DNA of 64,000 bases from Rubricoccaceae bacterium (GTDB taxonomy: Bacteria; Bacteroidota; Rhodothermia; Rhodothermales; Rubricoccaceae): contig CAWEQE010000002.1 of NCBI GenBank assembly GCA_963811175.1, forward strand, positions 276,797 through 340,796, read 5' to 3'. Under the pieces are notes generated by a model. That model made no database searches and had not been told where the DNA came from. It saw only the letters and a program-made list of their open reading frames with translations. The position numbers and the translations under genes were made by a program. Shown here one piece after another: positions 36,388 to 47,246 of this stretch. Position 1 is the first letter of the stretch, and each line of letters begins with the position of its first letter.

Positions 36388-38886
36388 TTAGCGCCACGCG
36401 ACGCGCGAGACGATCCGCCCGTCGGACCGGAGCCAGATGGCGCCCTCGGCGGACGTGAGGAGCATCTGGGCGCCGGTCTGCTCCCAACGGGCGAGGGGCT
36501 CGGTGTTCGGGAGCCCGTAGCGGTTGCGCCGCGCCACCGAAACGACCGCGAACGACGGCGCGCCCGCCGCCTGGACGAGCGCCGCCGTCGAGCTGGTACG
36601 CGAGCCGTGGTGGCCCACCTTCACCACGTCCGCACCGAGCGCGTCCGGATAGCGGGAGACGAGGGCCGCCTCGCCGGCCGTCTCGGCGTCGCCGGTGAGG
36701 AGCCAGCGTGTCCGTCCGTACTCGGCGAGGACGACGACGGAGGCGTCGTTCGGCTCGCCGCTGGCGACGAGCGCGGGCGAGGGGCCGAGCACGCGGAGCC
36801 GAACCGAGGGATCGATCTGGAGCGTGTCGCCCGCCGCCAGCGCCTCGACGGGAACGCCGAGCGAATCCGCTGTCTGGAGCACCCGATCCCAGAGGTCGGT
36901 CGTCCCGTCGAGGCCGTTGTGGAGGAGCCGGCCCACGCGGACGCTCCGCAGCACGGCCTGCGCGCCGCCGATGTGGTCGGCGTCGGCGTGGGTCAGGACG
37001 AGGGCGTCGAGGCGGTCGATCCCGCCGCGCTCCAGGTGCGGGACGACTGTCCGCACGCCCTCGTCCACGTACGGCGACCGGACGCCGGCGTCGATCAGGA
37101 CGTGCCCGCCGGATGGAAGCGAGAGGAGCGTGGCATCTCCCTGCCCCACGTCGAGAAAGAGGACGTCGAGCACCGGCCGCGCGTCCCCGCTGGCGACCCG
37201 TCCCCACAGGCCCACCGTAAGTGCGGCGAGGACGCCGAGCGCCAACCGCCGTCGGGCGACGGGGCGGTGCCACAGGGCGAGGCTACCCAGCGCCAGGATC
37301 CCGGCGATCAGGACGGGCGCGCTGTCCAGGTAGCCGTCGAAGGACGCCCACCCGAGCCAGGAGGCGCCGACGCGGCTCGTCCACAAGAGGCCCCTCGCGC
37401 CGGCCTCGGCGAACAGTCCGAACCCGCTCGCGGCGACCGGGAACCAGCCGTCGAACGCGGACGCGCCGAGGCCGCCCGCCAGCGCGAGGCCGGTGAGCGG
37501 GATCGCCGGGAGGTTGAGGAGCAGGCCACCGAGGGGGAGCGCGCCAAAGTGGGCCAGCAGGGCCGGTGCCGTCCCCAGCGTCGCCGCGACGGAGGCGACG
37601 AGCGACCCCGCCACGAAGGCGCCGGCCTTGGTCTCGTAGAACCGCTCGGGGAGGGCGGAGGTGAGGAGGGGCCCGAGCGTGACGAGTGCGGTCACGGCCC
37701 CGAACGAGAGCTGGAAGCCGACCTCGAACAGGGCGGTCGGCCGGAGGAGGAGCAAAACGAGTGCGGCGCCACCGAGCGAGTTCAGCGCGTCTGCCGGGCG
37801 CTCCCACGCTCGTCCAAGGATCAGCAGCGCGGCCATCACGAACGCCCGCTCCACCGATACCGACCCGCCGGTAACGAGCACGTACAGTCCGAGCACGCCG
37901 AGCGTCAGCGCGGCCCGGCTCCATTCGACCGTGAGGCGTCGGAAGCCGAGGCGCCCGAGCAGCGGCTTGAGCAGTGCGTACAGCGCCAGCCCCACGAGCC
38001 CGACGTGAAGCCCGGAGACGGCGAGCAGGTGCATCAGGCCGGTCTGGCGGAACGTGTCGAGCGCGTCGCTCTCGATCCCGCTCCGGTCGGCGAGCAGCAA
38101 CGCTAGCAGCACGGACCGGGGCTCGGACGCCGGGACGCGCCGGGCCAGGGCGCGGTAGACGTGGCGCCGGATCGTCGTCGCCAGTCGGACGGAGAGACGC
38201 CGCGACGGGGCCAGGAAGGCAACGCCCGTTTCGTCCTCGATCCGTAGCGTCGCGTGGATCCCTCGTCCTCGGAGGTACGCGCCGTAGGGCATCTGCGCAG
38301 GATTCCGTTGCGGCGGCGGACGCTCCAGCCGACCCGTCAGGCGAACCCGGTCGCCGAGGCGGAGGGCGGGGTAGACGGGCGGGGCGTCGTCGGGCGTGAG
38401 GAGCGAGACCTGGACGAGACCGGAGACGCTTCCGCGTGCGCCTCCCCGCTCCGCCGAGTCCGCCCGCACGACAAATCGGACGCTCCACGCCGACCGCGCC
38501 GGCGGATCCTCGACCGTCGCCCAGAGCGTGAGGGCGCCCCGGTCGTCCCGGACGCTGTCGGCGGCCCAGGCGGCCTGCGCGACGTGCGCCACATGGTCCG
38601 GCGGCAGCGCCCGCCACGTCGCCATGCGGGCGCCCCCGAGCCCGGCGGTCGCCACGAGGACGGCGCCGACGACCACGAGCTTCCGGAGCGACACGAGCCG
38701 CTGGCGCGTCCAGAACGCGTACGCGGCGGCGCCGACCGTCGCCAGCGCGACGCCGAGGGCCCATCCTCCGACGGGAACGGTCGGCGCGTGCGCGGACAGC
38801 CAGATTCCCGTTCCCAGTGCGACTGCCATCACGAGCAGCGGGCGCGTCGCAGCGCGGAGAGGCGGGGGCGGCGGGGCCAGCGGCAT
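36388..38886 (-). CDS. comEC: DNA internalization competence protein ComEC/Rec2
   Basis: GLMHLLAVSGLHVG, GFQLSF, FLDVGQGDA, LTHADADHIGG, KVGHHGSRTS. Start MPLAPPP at 38886. Confidence 0.93.
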   Translation of the reverse strand: MPLAPPPPPLRAATRPLLVMAVALGTGIWLSAHAPTVPVGGWALGVALATVGAAAYAFWTRQRLVSLRKLVVVGAVLVATAGLGGARMATWRALPPDHVAHVAQAAWAADSVRDDRGALTLWATVEDPPARSAWSVRFVVRADSAERGGARGSVSGLVQVSLLTPDDAPPVYPALRLGDRVRLTGRLERPPPQRNPAQMPYGAYLRGRGIHATLRIEDETGVAFLAPSRRLSVRLATTIRRHVYRALARRVPASEPRSVLLALLLADRSGIESDALDTFRQTGLMHLLAVSGLHVGLVGLALYALLKPLLGRLGFRRLTVEWSRAALTLGVLGLYVLVTGGSVSVERAFVMAALLILGRAWERPADALNSLGGAALVLLLLRPTALFEVGFQLSFGAVTALVTLGPLLTSALPERFYETKAGAFVAGSLVASVAATLGTAPALLAHFGALPLGGLLLNLPAIPLTGLALAGGLGASAFDGWFPVAASGFGLFAEAGARGLLWTSRVGASWLGWASFDGYLDSAPVLIAGILALGSLALWHRPVARRRLALGVLAALTVGLWGRVASGDARPVLDVLFLDVGQGDATLLSLPSGGHVLIDAGVRSPYVDEGVRTVVPHLERGGIDRLDALVLTHADADHIGGAQAVLRSVRVGRLLHNGLDGTTDLWDRVLQTADSLGVPVEALAAGDTLQIDPSVRLRVLGPSPALVASGEPNDASVVVLAEYGRTRWLLTGDAETAGEAALVSRYPDALGADVVKVGHHGSRTSSTAALVQAAGAPSFAVVSVARRNRYGLPNTEPLARWEQTGAQMLLTSAEGAIWLRSDGRIVSRVAWR

Positions 38887-39027
38887 CGGGTGAGAAAACC
38901 GGCTAGACCTCGCGCGAGCGATCTCTCTAACCCGTCTCGTGCTCCCACTTCGTTTCGTCTTGACCGCCTCCGCCCGTCCCGTCCCGGTATACTGAGCGGT
39001 CCCGCGTGCTCTCTCCCCGTCCCCCTC

Positions 39028-39516
39028 GTGTCCCAGCCACCCCGCCTGAGTAAACGCCGCCAGGTGCGCGAGCGCGTCCTCCAGGGCCTCTACGCCTACG
39101 AGGCCAGCGGCGACAGCGCCGACCACGTGCTGGCGACGCTCATCCGGCCGGCCTTCGAGGACGACCGGACCTACCTCCGGTTCGCGGAGCGCCTCTTCCT
39201 CAAAAGCGCCGACGCCCGGGGCGAGGCCGACGTCCTCATCGACAAGCACGTCGAGAACTGGGACCTCAGCCGTCTCGCCCGCACCGACCGTCTGGTGCTG
39301 TGGATCGCGATCGCGGAGTTTCTGTACTTCGAGGACATCCCGCCCAAGGTGACGATCAACGAAGCGGTGGAAGTCGCACGGGCATTCGGGACCGAAAAGA
39401 GCGCGCCGTTCGTCAACGGCGTCCTCGACGCCGTCCTCCAAGAGCTCCGCGACTCGGACCGCATGAAGAAGTCGGGACGCGGCCTCGTCGAGACGACCCC
39501 GCGCTCCGGCGCCTAG
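39028..39516 (+). CDS. nusB: Transcription antitermination factor NusB
   Basis: RRQVRERVLQGLYAYE, IPPKVTINEAVEVARAFG, FVNGVLD. Confidence 0.95.
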   Translation: MSQPPRLSKRRQVRERVLQGLYAYEASGDSADHVLATLIRPAFEDDRTYLRFAERLFLKSADARGEADVLIDKHVENWDLSRLARTDRLVLWIAIAEFLYFEDIPPKVTINEAVEVARAFGTEKSAPFVNGVLDAVLQELRDSDRMKKSGRGLVETTPRSGA

Positions 39517-39527
39517 CCCGAACCGAC

Positions 39528-40235
39528 GTGCTGTACGCCATCGGGGACGTCCACGGCTGCGCGCGCACGCTCGACGTCCTGCTCGACCGACTCGCCGACG
39601 ACGCCGGCGGCACGCTCCGGCCCAGCGACACGCTCGTGTTCGTGGGCGACTACATCGATCGGGGGCCGGACAGCGCGGGCGTCATCGAGCGCGCCATCGA
39701 GCTGGAGGCGGCTGCGAAAGCTGGGACGGGTCCGGCGTGCGTCTTCCTCCGGGGCAACCACGACCAGATGATGCTCGACTACGTCGACGGGACGGGCGAC
39801 GCGGAGTTGTGGTGGGCCAACGGCGGCCGGACGACGCTCCAGTCGTACGAGAACCGGCGCGAGTGGAGCGTCCCCGCGTCCCACGTCGAGTTCCTCCGCC
39901 GGACCGAGCTGGTAGCCGAGCACGGCGGGTTCGTGTTCGTCCACGCCGGTCTGGACCCGACGCGGACCGTCGCTGAGAACCTCGCCGATCCCGACCCGGA
40001 CGTCTTGCTCTGGAGCCGGTCCCACCTCCAGGCGGACCTCTCGCGCTGGGAGACGCCGGTCGTCTGCGGACACACGCCCGTCGTCGAGCCCATCGCTATG
40101 CCCATGCTGCTCGACATCGACACGGGCGCCGTGTTCGTCAACCGGGAAGGGCTGGGGCGCCTGACGGCCGTCGCGCTTCCCGAACGTCGGTTCATCGACG
40201 TGGCAACGGTCGATTACGAGCCCTGGAGCTTGTAG
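39528..40235 (+). CDS. Metallophosphoesterase (ApaH/PrpA-like Ser/Thr phosphatase family)
   Basis: IGDVHG, VGDYIDRG, LRGNHD, FVHAG, CGHTP, IDTGA. Confidence 0.9.
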   Translation: MLYAIGDVHGCARTLDVLLDRLADDAGGTLRPSDTLVFVGDYIDRGPDSAGVIERAIELEAAAKAGTGPACVFLRGNHDQMMLDYVDGTGDAELWWANGGRTTLQSYENRREWSVPASHVEFLRRTELVAEHGGFVFVHAGLDPTRTVAENLADPDPDVLLWSRSHLQADLSRWETPVVCGHTPVVEPIAMPMLLDIDTGAVFVNREGLGRLTAVALPERRFIDVATVDYEPWSL

Positions 40236-40268
40236 CGCTCGCCGGACTGGCGGTGCCGGGGCCGATCC

Positions 40269-40784
40269 TCAGAGACCGATGGACGTGGAGAGGCCGGCGC
40301 GGAGAGCGGGCGCTTGCGCCCCCACCTCCGCAAACAGGACGCGGCCCGACCCGATCCGGTACGTCGCCCGTGCGAACGGGTCGAGCATGACGCTGAACGC
40401 GCGCGACTTGCTCTCGGCCGACTGCTCGAAAAAGGCCGTGTAGAACGAGGGGCCGATTCGGATTCCGAGGTCGAGGTCGAGGCGTCCCGGGTCTCTGTTC
40501 TGGACCACTTCGTAGACCCGGAGCATCCGCACCCCCGCGCCGAGGCCGACGGCCGTGAGCAGGCGTCCGCTCCCGCCCGTGACGCGCGGGACGTAGTCGG
40601 CGTAGAGGACGGCCTCGCGCGTGAACACGTCGAACACGGGGTCCGTGGTGAACGCCACGCCGCCGACGCCCGGCCCGAATCCCACGCCGAGGTAGCCCCG
40701 CGTCTGGTCGCCGATGGGCGCCGGCTCCTGCGCGATGGCCGCCAGCGGCGCGAGGGCGAAGATCAGGGTGAGCAACGGACGCAT
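40269..40784 (-). CDS. Hypothetical exported protein, possible small beta-barrel
   Basis: Signal peptide; alternating Gly/hydrophobic strands. Confidence 0.6.
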   Translation of the reverse strand: MRPLLTLIFALAPLAAIAQEPAPIGDQTRGYLGVGFGPGVGGVAFTTDPVFDVFTREAVLYADYVPRVTGGSGRLLTAVGLGAGVRMLRVYEVVQNRDPGRLDLDLGIRIGPSFYTAFFEQSAESKSRAFSVMLDPFARATYRIGSGRVLFAEVGAQAPALRAGLSTSIGL

Positions 40785-40956
40785 GGGGGAAAGCTAGCGG
40801 TCCGAGGGGGGCGGGGTCGGCAGGTCCCGCGAGGCAGGACGACGGGCGGGCGCGACTCGCTCGACCCCGAAAGCCTCACCCTCCCTTTTCGCACCGCCTC
40901 CGCTCCGCTGGCGGCCCCGCTCGGTAGACTGCCCGCTCACCGCACCCTGCAATCGA

Positions 40957-42051
40957 ATGGCCCTCCGCGTCGGCATCGTCGGACTCCCCAACGTGGGGAA
41001 GAGCACCCTCTTCAACGCCCTCTCCGAGGCCGGCGCCGAGGCGGCCAATTACCCGTTCTGCACCATCGAGCCGAACGTCGGCGTCGTGCCGGTGCCGGAC
41101 ACGCGGCTGCACCGGCTGGCCGACCTCGCCGGCTCGGCGCAGACGCTCCCCGCCGTCATCGAGTTCGTCGACATCGCCGGGCTCGTGGCGGGCGCCTCGA
41201 AAGGGGAGGGGCTGGGCAACCAGTTCCTCGCTCACATCCGCGAGGTGGACGCCGTCGTCCACGTCGTCCGGTGTTTCGAGGATCCGAACGTCGTCCACGT
41301 CGAGGGCTCCGTCGATCCGCTCCGGGACATCGAGACCATCGAGACCGAGCTGCTCTTGAAGGACCTCGACACGGTCTCGAAGCGCCGCGAGCGCGTGGCG
41401 AAGTCGGTCAAGACCGGCGACAAGGCGGCCCGGCTGGAGGCCGACTTCCTGGAGCGCCTCGAGGCTCACCTCGGCGACGGCCAGCCCGCCCGAACGCTCG
41501 ACCTCTCCGACGCCGAGGCGCCGATCCTCCGCGACCAGTTTTTGCTCACCGCCAAGCCGGTCCTCTACGCCGCGAACGTGGGCGAGGGCGACCTGCCGGA
41601 CGGCAACGCCTACGTCGAGCAGGTCCGCCAGCGGGCCGAGGCGGAGGGCGCCGGCGTCGTCGTGGTCTCGGCCGAGTTCGAGGCCCAGCTGGCCGACCTC
41701 CCGGACGAGGACCGGACCGAGTTCCTGGAGGCGGCTGGCGTCGAGGAGAGCGGACTCGACCGGCTGGCGCAGGCGGCCTACGAGCTGCTCGGGCTCATCA
41801 CGTACTTCACGGCCGGGCCGAAGGAGGCGCGCGCGTGGCAGATCCGGCGTGGGACGAAGGCGCCCCAGGCCGCCGGCGTCATCCACACCGACTTCGAGAA
41901 GGGCTTCATCCGCGCCGAGACCATCAAGTTCGCCGACTACGACCGGCTCGGGAGCGAGTCCGCCGCCCGCGAGGCCGGCGCCATGCGGAGCGAGGGGAAG
42001 GAGTACGTCGTCTCGGACGGCGACGTGATGCTGTTCCGGTTCAACGTCTGA
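40957..42051 (+). CDS. ychF: Redox-regulated ATPase YchF
   Basis: [46 protein letters not shown]. Confidence 0.98.
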   Translation: MALRVGIVGLPNVGKSTLFNALSEAGAEAANYPFCTIEPNVGVVPVPDTRLHRLADLAGSAQTLPAVIEFVDIAGLVAGASKGEGLGNQFLAHIREVDAVVHVVRCFEDPNVVHVEGSVDPLRDIETIETELLLKDLDTVSKRRERVAKSVKTGDKAARLEADFLERLEAHLGDGQPARTLDLSDAEAPILRDQFLLTAKPVLYAANVGEGDLPDGNAYVEQVRQRAEAEGAGVVVVSAEFEAQLADLPDEDRTEFLEAAGVEESGLDRLAQAAYELLGLITYFTAGPKEARAWQIRRGTKAPQAAGVIHTDFEKGFIRAETIKFADYDRLGSESAAREAGAMRSEGKEYVVSDGDVMLFRFNV

Positions 42052-42055
42052 CGAC

Positions 42056-42625
42056 GTGTGGGGGGAGCTTCTGAACGTGGCGGCGCCTGCGGTGCTCACG
42101 TCGGCGGCGTTGTGGTGGCTGATCCGGTCGGGGGGTGGCGAGCCGCCCGTCGAGGGCGACGCGCTCGTGCTCCGCTACCCACGCGCGTTCGAGATCGCCG
42201 GCTGGGCGTTCTGCACGGTCGGTGTGGCGCTCGTCGTCTGGCTTTCCATTCCATCTGGCCTCCCGACCGTCGGCGATGCGCTGGCGGCGGCGACGATCCT
42301 CGCCATCTGCTGCGGGGGCGGCGCTCTCTTCGTGGTCGGCGCGCGCCGCGAGTGGGTCCATGTGCGAACAGACGGCCTGACCGGCCAGACGGCCTTCGCC
42401 AGCGAGCCGACGCGGCTGGAGTGGACGGAGGTGGCCGAGGTCCGGTTCGGCAAGGTCAGCGGCTATCTCACGGTCCGCACGCATGACGGCCGGAGGGTCC
42501 GGGCGAGCGCGTTCCTGGGCGGCGTGTCTGAGCTGGCGGCGTTCCTCGACCGCCGGTTTCCCGAGCGGGGTGGGGCGCAGGCGGCAGCGGAGCTCCGCCC
42601 GTTCCGCGCCGGGTTCGGAGGGTGA
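42056..42625 (+). CDS. Hypothetical membrane protein (3 TM + PH-like tail)
   Basis: Hydrophobic segments, then LEWTEVAEVRF. Confidence 0.6.
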   Translation: MWGELLNVAAPAVLTSAALWWLIRSGGGEPPVEGDALVLRYPRAFEIAGWAFCTVGVALVVWLSIPSGLPTVGDALAAATILAICCGGGALFVVGARREWVHVRTDGLTGQTAFASEPTRLEWTEVAEVRFGKVSGYLTVRTHDGRRVRASAFLGGVSELAAFLDRRFPERGGAQAAAELRPFRAGFGG

Positions 42626-42743
42626 CGGCCACGGGCTCGAAACGCTGACGCCCGTGTCCGGTACAAGCCTTTGGCGGACAGGCGCGTGCGGTCTCGTACT
42701 CGACGGGGCTTCCCTGCCGCCCTCACCAGCTCTCCCCGCCCTC

Positions 42744-42959
42744 ATGGCGTTCGACTCCGATTCCGTCACCCAAAACCTTCTGTACCACCTCGCCCGCATG
42801 CCCGGCGCCGTCCATCGCGACCGGCTGGCGGAGGCCGTCGGCACGTCGAAGGACTACGCGGGGCGGATGCTGAGCAAGCTCGTCAAGCGGGGTCGTATCG
42901 AGCGCGTCGGGCGTGGGACGTACGACCTCGCGTCGCGCGACCTCACCCCGCGCGTCTAA
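42744..42959 (+). CDS. Small winged-helix protein (AbiEi N-terminal domain-like)
   Basis: 71 aa; LSKLVKRGRIERVGRGTY. Confidence 0.6.
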   Translation: MAFDSDSVTQNLLYHLARMPGAVHRDRLAEAVGTSKDYAGRMLSKLVKRGRIERVGRGTYDLASRDLTPRV

Positions 42960-43225
42960 GCGGCCTCCTGCTTCGAGGTCTACAGGCCCGTCGGTGCGCG
43001 CTCGGGCCGGCCCCTCGTCGTCTCGCCGCTCCGTCACCCACCGCTCGGACGGACAGAGAAGGCGGGGCTTCTCGTCGAGCGTCCGGGTAGAGGAAGGGGT
43101 GCCACGCCGAGAAGGAGGCGTAGGGCGCAATCGGGGGGACGGGTGCGGGGTGGATGCGCGTGCTCGGACCCTGAAGCCACGTACGCTGCACATCCGGCTC
43201 GCGCGCCTCAGAGTAGCTTGGCCGC

Positions 43226-44554
43226 ATGAGCGAGCCCGATCCGCACCCGACCCGTCCGTTCCTGCCCGAGTACGACGTCGTGCTCACCGTCCGCAACCCG
43301 CAGCGGCCGGGCATGATCGGCCGCCTGCTCGGCCTCGTCGGCGACCTCGGCGCGCTCGTCGGCGACATCGAGACGCGCTACATCGGGCGCGACCACTTCC
43401 TCCGCGACGTCACGCTCTCCGTCTTCGACGAAGCCCACCTCGACGAGGTCCTGGCCGCGATCAAGGAGGAGACGGATACCGAGGTGCTGGACGTCAAGGA
43501 CCTCGTGTTCGAGCGCCACGCGGGCGGCAAGATCCGGACGGTCCGCACGACCGAGGTGGAGCGGCTCGAAGACCTCCGCTACATCTACACGCCGGGCGTG
43601 GCCCGCGTCTGCCGCGCCATCGAGCGGGACCCGGCCCTCGCCCGCGACTTCACGGCCGTCGGCCACACCGTCGGCATCTTCACGAATGGCACGCGCGTGC
43701 TCGGGTTGGGCAACATCGGCGCGCTCGCCAGCCTGCCGGTGATGGAGGGCAAGGCCGTCCTCTACGACCGCTTCGTCGGCCTCGGCGCCGTCCCGATTGT
43801 GGTGGACGAGGACGATCCGGAGGCGTTCGTGGACACCGTCTGCCGGGTCGCGCCGAGCTTCGGCGGCATCCACCTGGAGGACATCCGCACGCCGGACTGC
43901 TTCTGGATCGAGGAGGAACTGATCCGCCGCCTCCCGCAGCCCGTGATGCACGACGACCAGCACGGGACGGCGACCGTCCTGCTGGCGGCCGTCCTCAGCG
44001 CGCTCCGCCAGACGGGCCGCGAGGGCGACCGCGACCTGACGTGTGCTCAGATCGGCCTCGGCGCCGCCGGCCTCGCCATCGCCAAGCTCCTGCTCGACGC
44101 CGGCTTCCGCGTCGTCGGCGTGGACCCCGGCGAGGACGCCCGCCAGCGCCTCGAAGCGCGCGGCGGACGGACGGCGACGCTGGAGGACGCCGCCGCCGAG
44201 GCCGACGTGCTCATCGCCACGACGGGCGTCGTCGGCCTCATCACGCCGGAGATGATCCGGCCGGGGCAGATCGTCCTGGCGCTGTCCAATCCGGTCCCGG
44301 AGATCACGCCCGAGGCGGCCCTCGCGGCGGGGGCCATCTTCGCGGCCGACGGGCGGAGCGTCAACAACGCGCTCGCGTTTCCGGGCCTGTTCAAGGCCGC
44401 GCTCGCCGTGGGCGCGCCGGCCATCACGAGCGCGATGAAGATCGCTGCGGCGCAGGCCATCAGCGCCCTCGCGCCGGACGACGAGCTGGTCCCGAGCCCG
44501 TTCCACCCGCAGGTCCACGAGCACGTGGTCGAGGCCGTCCGGCAGGCGGCGTAG
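43226..44554 (+). CDS. NAD-dependent malic enzyme with N-terminal ACT domain
   Basis: YIYTPGVA, NGTRVLGLGNIG, PVMEGK, HLEDI, HDDQHGTA, NNALAFPG. Confidence 0.92.
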   Translation: MSEPDPHPTRPFLPEYDVVLTVRNPQRPGMIGRLLGLVGDLGALVGDIETRYIGRDHFLRDVTLSVFDEAHLDEVLAAIKEETDTEVLDVKDLVFERHAGGKIRTVRTTEVERLEDLRYIYTPGVARVCRAIERDPALARDFTAVGHTVGIFTNGTRVLGLGNIGALASLPVMEGKAVLYDRFVGLGAVPIVVDEDDPEAFVDTVCRVAPSFGGIHLEDIRTPDCFWIEEELIRRLPQPVMHDDQHGTATVLLAAVLSALRQTGREGDRDLTCAQIGLGAAGLAIAKLLLDAGFRVVGVDPGEDARQRLEARGGRTATLEDAAAEADVLIATTGVVGLITPEMIRPGQIVLALSNPVPEITPEAALAAGAIFAADGRSVNNALAFPGLFKAALAVGAPAITSAMKIAAAQAISALAPDDELVPSPFHPQVHEHVVEAVRQAA

Positions 44555-44555
44555 C

Positions 44556-45542
44556 CTAGAGGTCGCGGCTCTCCTGCCGCTTCTCGGCGGCGGCCCGGGC
44601 GATCTCGAGGCCCCGGTCGTAGGCCGCCTCGGCCGAGGTCGCCACGTCCGGCACGACGCCGACGCCCTCCCAGTTCGTCCCCGTCACCGGGTTCGCGGCG
44701 CGGCCCATCGGCATGAACACCTGGAACGCCCGCCCGATGGGGAAGGCCGCACCCGGGTTGGCCCCGCCGCCCGTCGTCTCGCCGACGAGCGTGCCCCGCT
44801 GGCGGGTCTGGACGTCGTAGGCGAACTCCTCGCCGCCCGAGAACGTCCGCGCGCTGGTGAGGACGACGAGGGGGAGGTCGGAGAGGTCCGGGCCGGGGCG
44901 CTCGTCGAGAGTCCAGAACTCCTCCGTCTCGCCGGTCTCGCGCCAGTAGAGGCTGTTGAGGTGCGTCCGCTCGGCGAACAGGTGCGTGAGGAGGAAGCGG
45001 ACCATGTCGGGGTCGCCGCCCCCGTTCTGGCGGAGGTCGACCACGAGCGCATCGGCGCCGTCGAGGAGGCGGAGGGCCGCGAGGGCCGTCTCGGCGGCGA
45101 CGTCGGTCGGGTAGAAGCCGCGGAGGTCGAGGTAGCCGACGTTGCCGTCAAGTCGCTCGACGCGGGCGAAGCCGAAGTTGCGCTCGATGGCGTGGCGCTC
45201 GCGGAGCCGGGCGAGGGCTTTCTGATCCGCGCTGTCGGTGCCCTCAGGCGTGAGCCAGACGTTGAGGTGCTTGTCGTGCGTGACCGACTGGAGGTCGGCC
45301 GTGAGCCGCTCGGCGAAGGCGTCGGCGTCGTCGAGCTCGTCGTAGGAGCCGGCCGCGAGCTGGGCCTCGACGTGGGCGGCCGCCTCAGTGCCCACGTCGG
45401 GGAAGACGTAGCGCGCCTCCAACTCGTCCGCCAGCCGGGCGACGGCATCGCGACGGGCGTCGGCGTCGAGGGGCTGCGCGTCGGCGCGTGCGACGAGGAC
45501 GACGAGAGCGAGGAGCGACCAGCGGGCGAGCGGGCGGGGCAT
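44556..45542 (-). CDS. S41-family peptidase (secreted)
   Basis: VGYLDLRGF, VDLRQNGGG, TFSGGEEF, GETTGGG, GVGVVPD. Confidence 0.9.
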   Translation of the reverse strand: MPRPLARWSLLALVVLVARADAQPLDADARRDAVARLADELEARYVFPDVGTEAAAHVEAQLAAGSYDELDDADAFAERLTADLQSVTHDKHLNVWLTPEGTDSADQKALARLRERHAIERNFGFARVERLDGNVGYLDLRGFYPTDVAAETALAALRLLDGADALVVDLRQNGGGDPDMVRFLLTHLFAERTHLNSLYWRETGETEEFWTLDERPGPDLSDLPLVVLTSARTFSGGEEFAYDVQTRQRGTLVGETTGGGANPGAAFPIGRAFQVFMPMGRAANPVTGTNWEGVGVVPDVATSAEAAYDRGLEIARAAAEKRQESRDL

Positions 45543-45619
45543 GGCAGTGGCAGAGGGGAGGCCCCTCCGACGACCTCCCCGACCGGCGGTTACGTGCGCG
45601 GCTAAAAAGACCGCAGGCG

Positions 45620-45919
45620 CTAGGGCAGCCGGATCGCCGGCTCGTCCGGGTCCGGCCGGTAGAGCGTCGCGTTGCGGCCGACCGTCTGCACCACGGCCGC
45701 CCCGTCGATGCGCGCCGCCAGCGCGTGGGCCGTCGCCGCCGCGCCGTCGGGCGCGTTCTCCAGCACCCGGACCTTCACCAGCTCGTTGGCCGCGAACGTC
45801 TGGCGGAGCCCGTCGAGCACGGCCGGCGTCACGCCCTCCTTGCCAACGTGGACGGTGGGCTTGAGCGAGTGCGAGAGGCCCCGCAGGTGGGCGCGCTGTT
45901 TGGAGGTGAGGTCGGGCAC
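45620..45919 (-). CDS. yhbY: YhbY RNA-binding (CRM) protein
   Basis: LTSKQRAHLRGLSHSLKP.V.VGKEG, ELVKVRVL, VQTVGR..LYR. Confidence 0.9.
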   Translation of the reverse strand: MPDLTSKQRAHLRGLSHSLKPTVHVGKEGVTPAVLDGLRQTFAANELVKVRVLENAPDGAAATAHALAARIDGAAVVQTVGRNATLYRPDPDEPAIRLP

Positions 45920-46041
45920 GGGGGAAGAGGGGAGGGACCTTCGCCAACCCGCGTCTGCCTCGGCGCGTTCCGACGGGGACGGGCACCGGAGCCGGTCCCG
46001 TCGCGTTCGGCGCGGTAGGAACCCGCCACCCCGCTTCCGCC

Positions 46042-46479
46042 ATGACCGCCCGATCTCTCCTGTTCGGCTCCGGCAACACGTCGCGCGCGACCGACGTCGG
46101 CCTTCTGGTCCTCCGCCTCGGTGTGGGCCTCTCGCTCGCGTTCGCACACGGGCTCGGCAAGATCCCGCCCTCCGCCGGCTTCATCGACGGGACGGCCGAG
46201 ATGGGCTTCCCGCTCCCAGTCCTGTTCGCGTGGGCCGCCGCGCTGAGTGAGTTCGCCGGCGGCCTGCTCCTCGCCCTCGGGCTGGCGACGCGCCCGGCCG
46301 CCTTGTTCGTGGCCGGCACCATGGCGGTCGCCTTCTTCGTCCGCCACGGCGACGACCCGTTTGCGGACGGCGAGAAGGCGTTCCTCTACCTCGTCGTCGC
46401 GCTGGCGCTGCTCGTGGCCGGCGCCGGGCGCTACGCCCTCGACCGATTCATCGCCCGCGAGCGCGTGACCTACGCCTGA
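46042..46479 (+). CDS. DoxX-family membrane protein
   Basis: LLVLRLGVG...HGLGK, EFAGGLLLALGLATR, GAGRYALD. Confidence 0.88.
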   Translation: MTARSLLFGSGNTSRATDVGLLVLRLGVGLSLAFAHGLGKIPPSAGFIDGTAEMGFPLPVLFAWAAALSEFAGGLLLALGLATRPAALFVAGTMAVAFFVRHGDDPFADGEKAFLYLVVALALLVAGAGRYALDRFIARERVTYA

Positions 46480-47246
46480 CTCCACACGGCGTCGCCGACG
46501 AGGTAGACGCCCACCGCCAGCAGCACGAGCGCGAGGAGCGTCGTGAGCCGCTCGGGGGCCGACCGCTGCGCGAGTCGCCACCCGATCACCGTGCCGATCA
46601 CGAGCGGCACGCCGATCACGAGGGCGAGCGGTCCGTCGACCGCCCCGCGCGCCGCGTACCCCACGGTGGCGAACACGGCAATCGCCACCGACTGGACCTG
46701 CGCCATCGCCACCGCCGTCAGCATCGGCACCCCGATGAGGACGAGCAGAGGCACGGCGAGCACCGGCCCTCCGACGCCGAGCATCCCGCCCGGCACGCCC
46801 ACCGCCACGCCCAGCATCAGCATTCCGAGGAGCGCGCGCGGCGAGCCGACATCGATCTGGACCACGGCGCCGAGTCCGCGCTGCTGGCGGACCAGGAGGA
46901 GAAGCGCCGTCGCGCCGACGAACGCACCGAGGGCGATCCCGAAGGAGGTCCGGTCCAGGAAGGCGTTGAGCGCGCTCCCGGCGAGGGCGCCCGCCACGCT
47001 CGCCGCGCTCAGGACGAGGGCGTCGCGGCGCACGCCCTCATCGGCTAGGTGGCCGGACCGCCAGTAGGCCACGCTCCCGACGAGGCCCGTCCCGATAAAG
47101 GCCGCGCTCGCCGTCCCGGCCACCACGGCGGCCGGGTAGCCCAGCGCGTGCAGCGTCACCGTCACGAAGATGCCGCCGGGTCCGAGGAGGGTGATCGCGA
47201 TGCCGCCGACGAGCGCGATCACGATCAGCAGGAGTGTGCTGTTCAT
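46470..47246 (-). CDS. TauE/SafE (sulfite exporter) family membrane protein
   Basis: Twice-repeated GxGG-type halves (LLGPGGIF; MLGVGGPVLAVP). Start overlaps the upstream stop by 4 bp. Confidence 0.8.
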   Translation of the reverse strand: MNSTLLLIVIALVGGIAITLLGPGGIFVTVTLHALGYPAAVVAGTASAAFIGTGLVGSVAYWRSGHLADEGVRRDALVLSAASVAGALAGSALNAFLDRTSFGIALGAFVGATALLLLVRQQRGLGAVVQIDVGSPRALLGMLMLGVAVGVPGGMLGVGGPVLAVPLLVLIGVPMLTAVAMAQVQSVAIAVFATVGYAARGAVDGPLALVIGVPLVIGTVIGWRLAQRSAPERLTTLLALVLLAVGVYLVGDAVWSQA

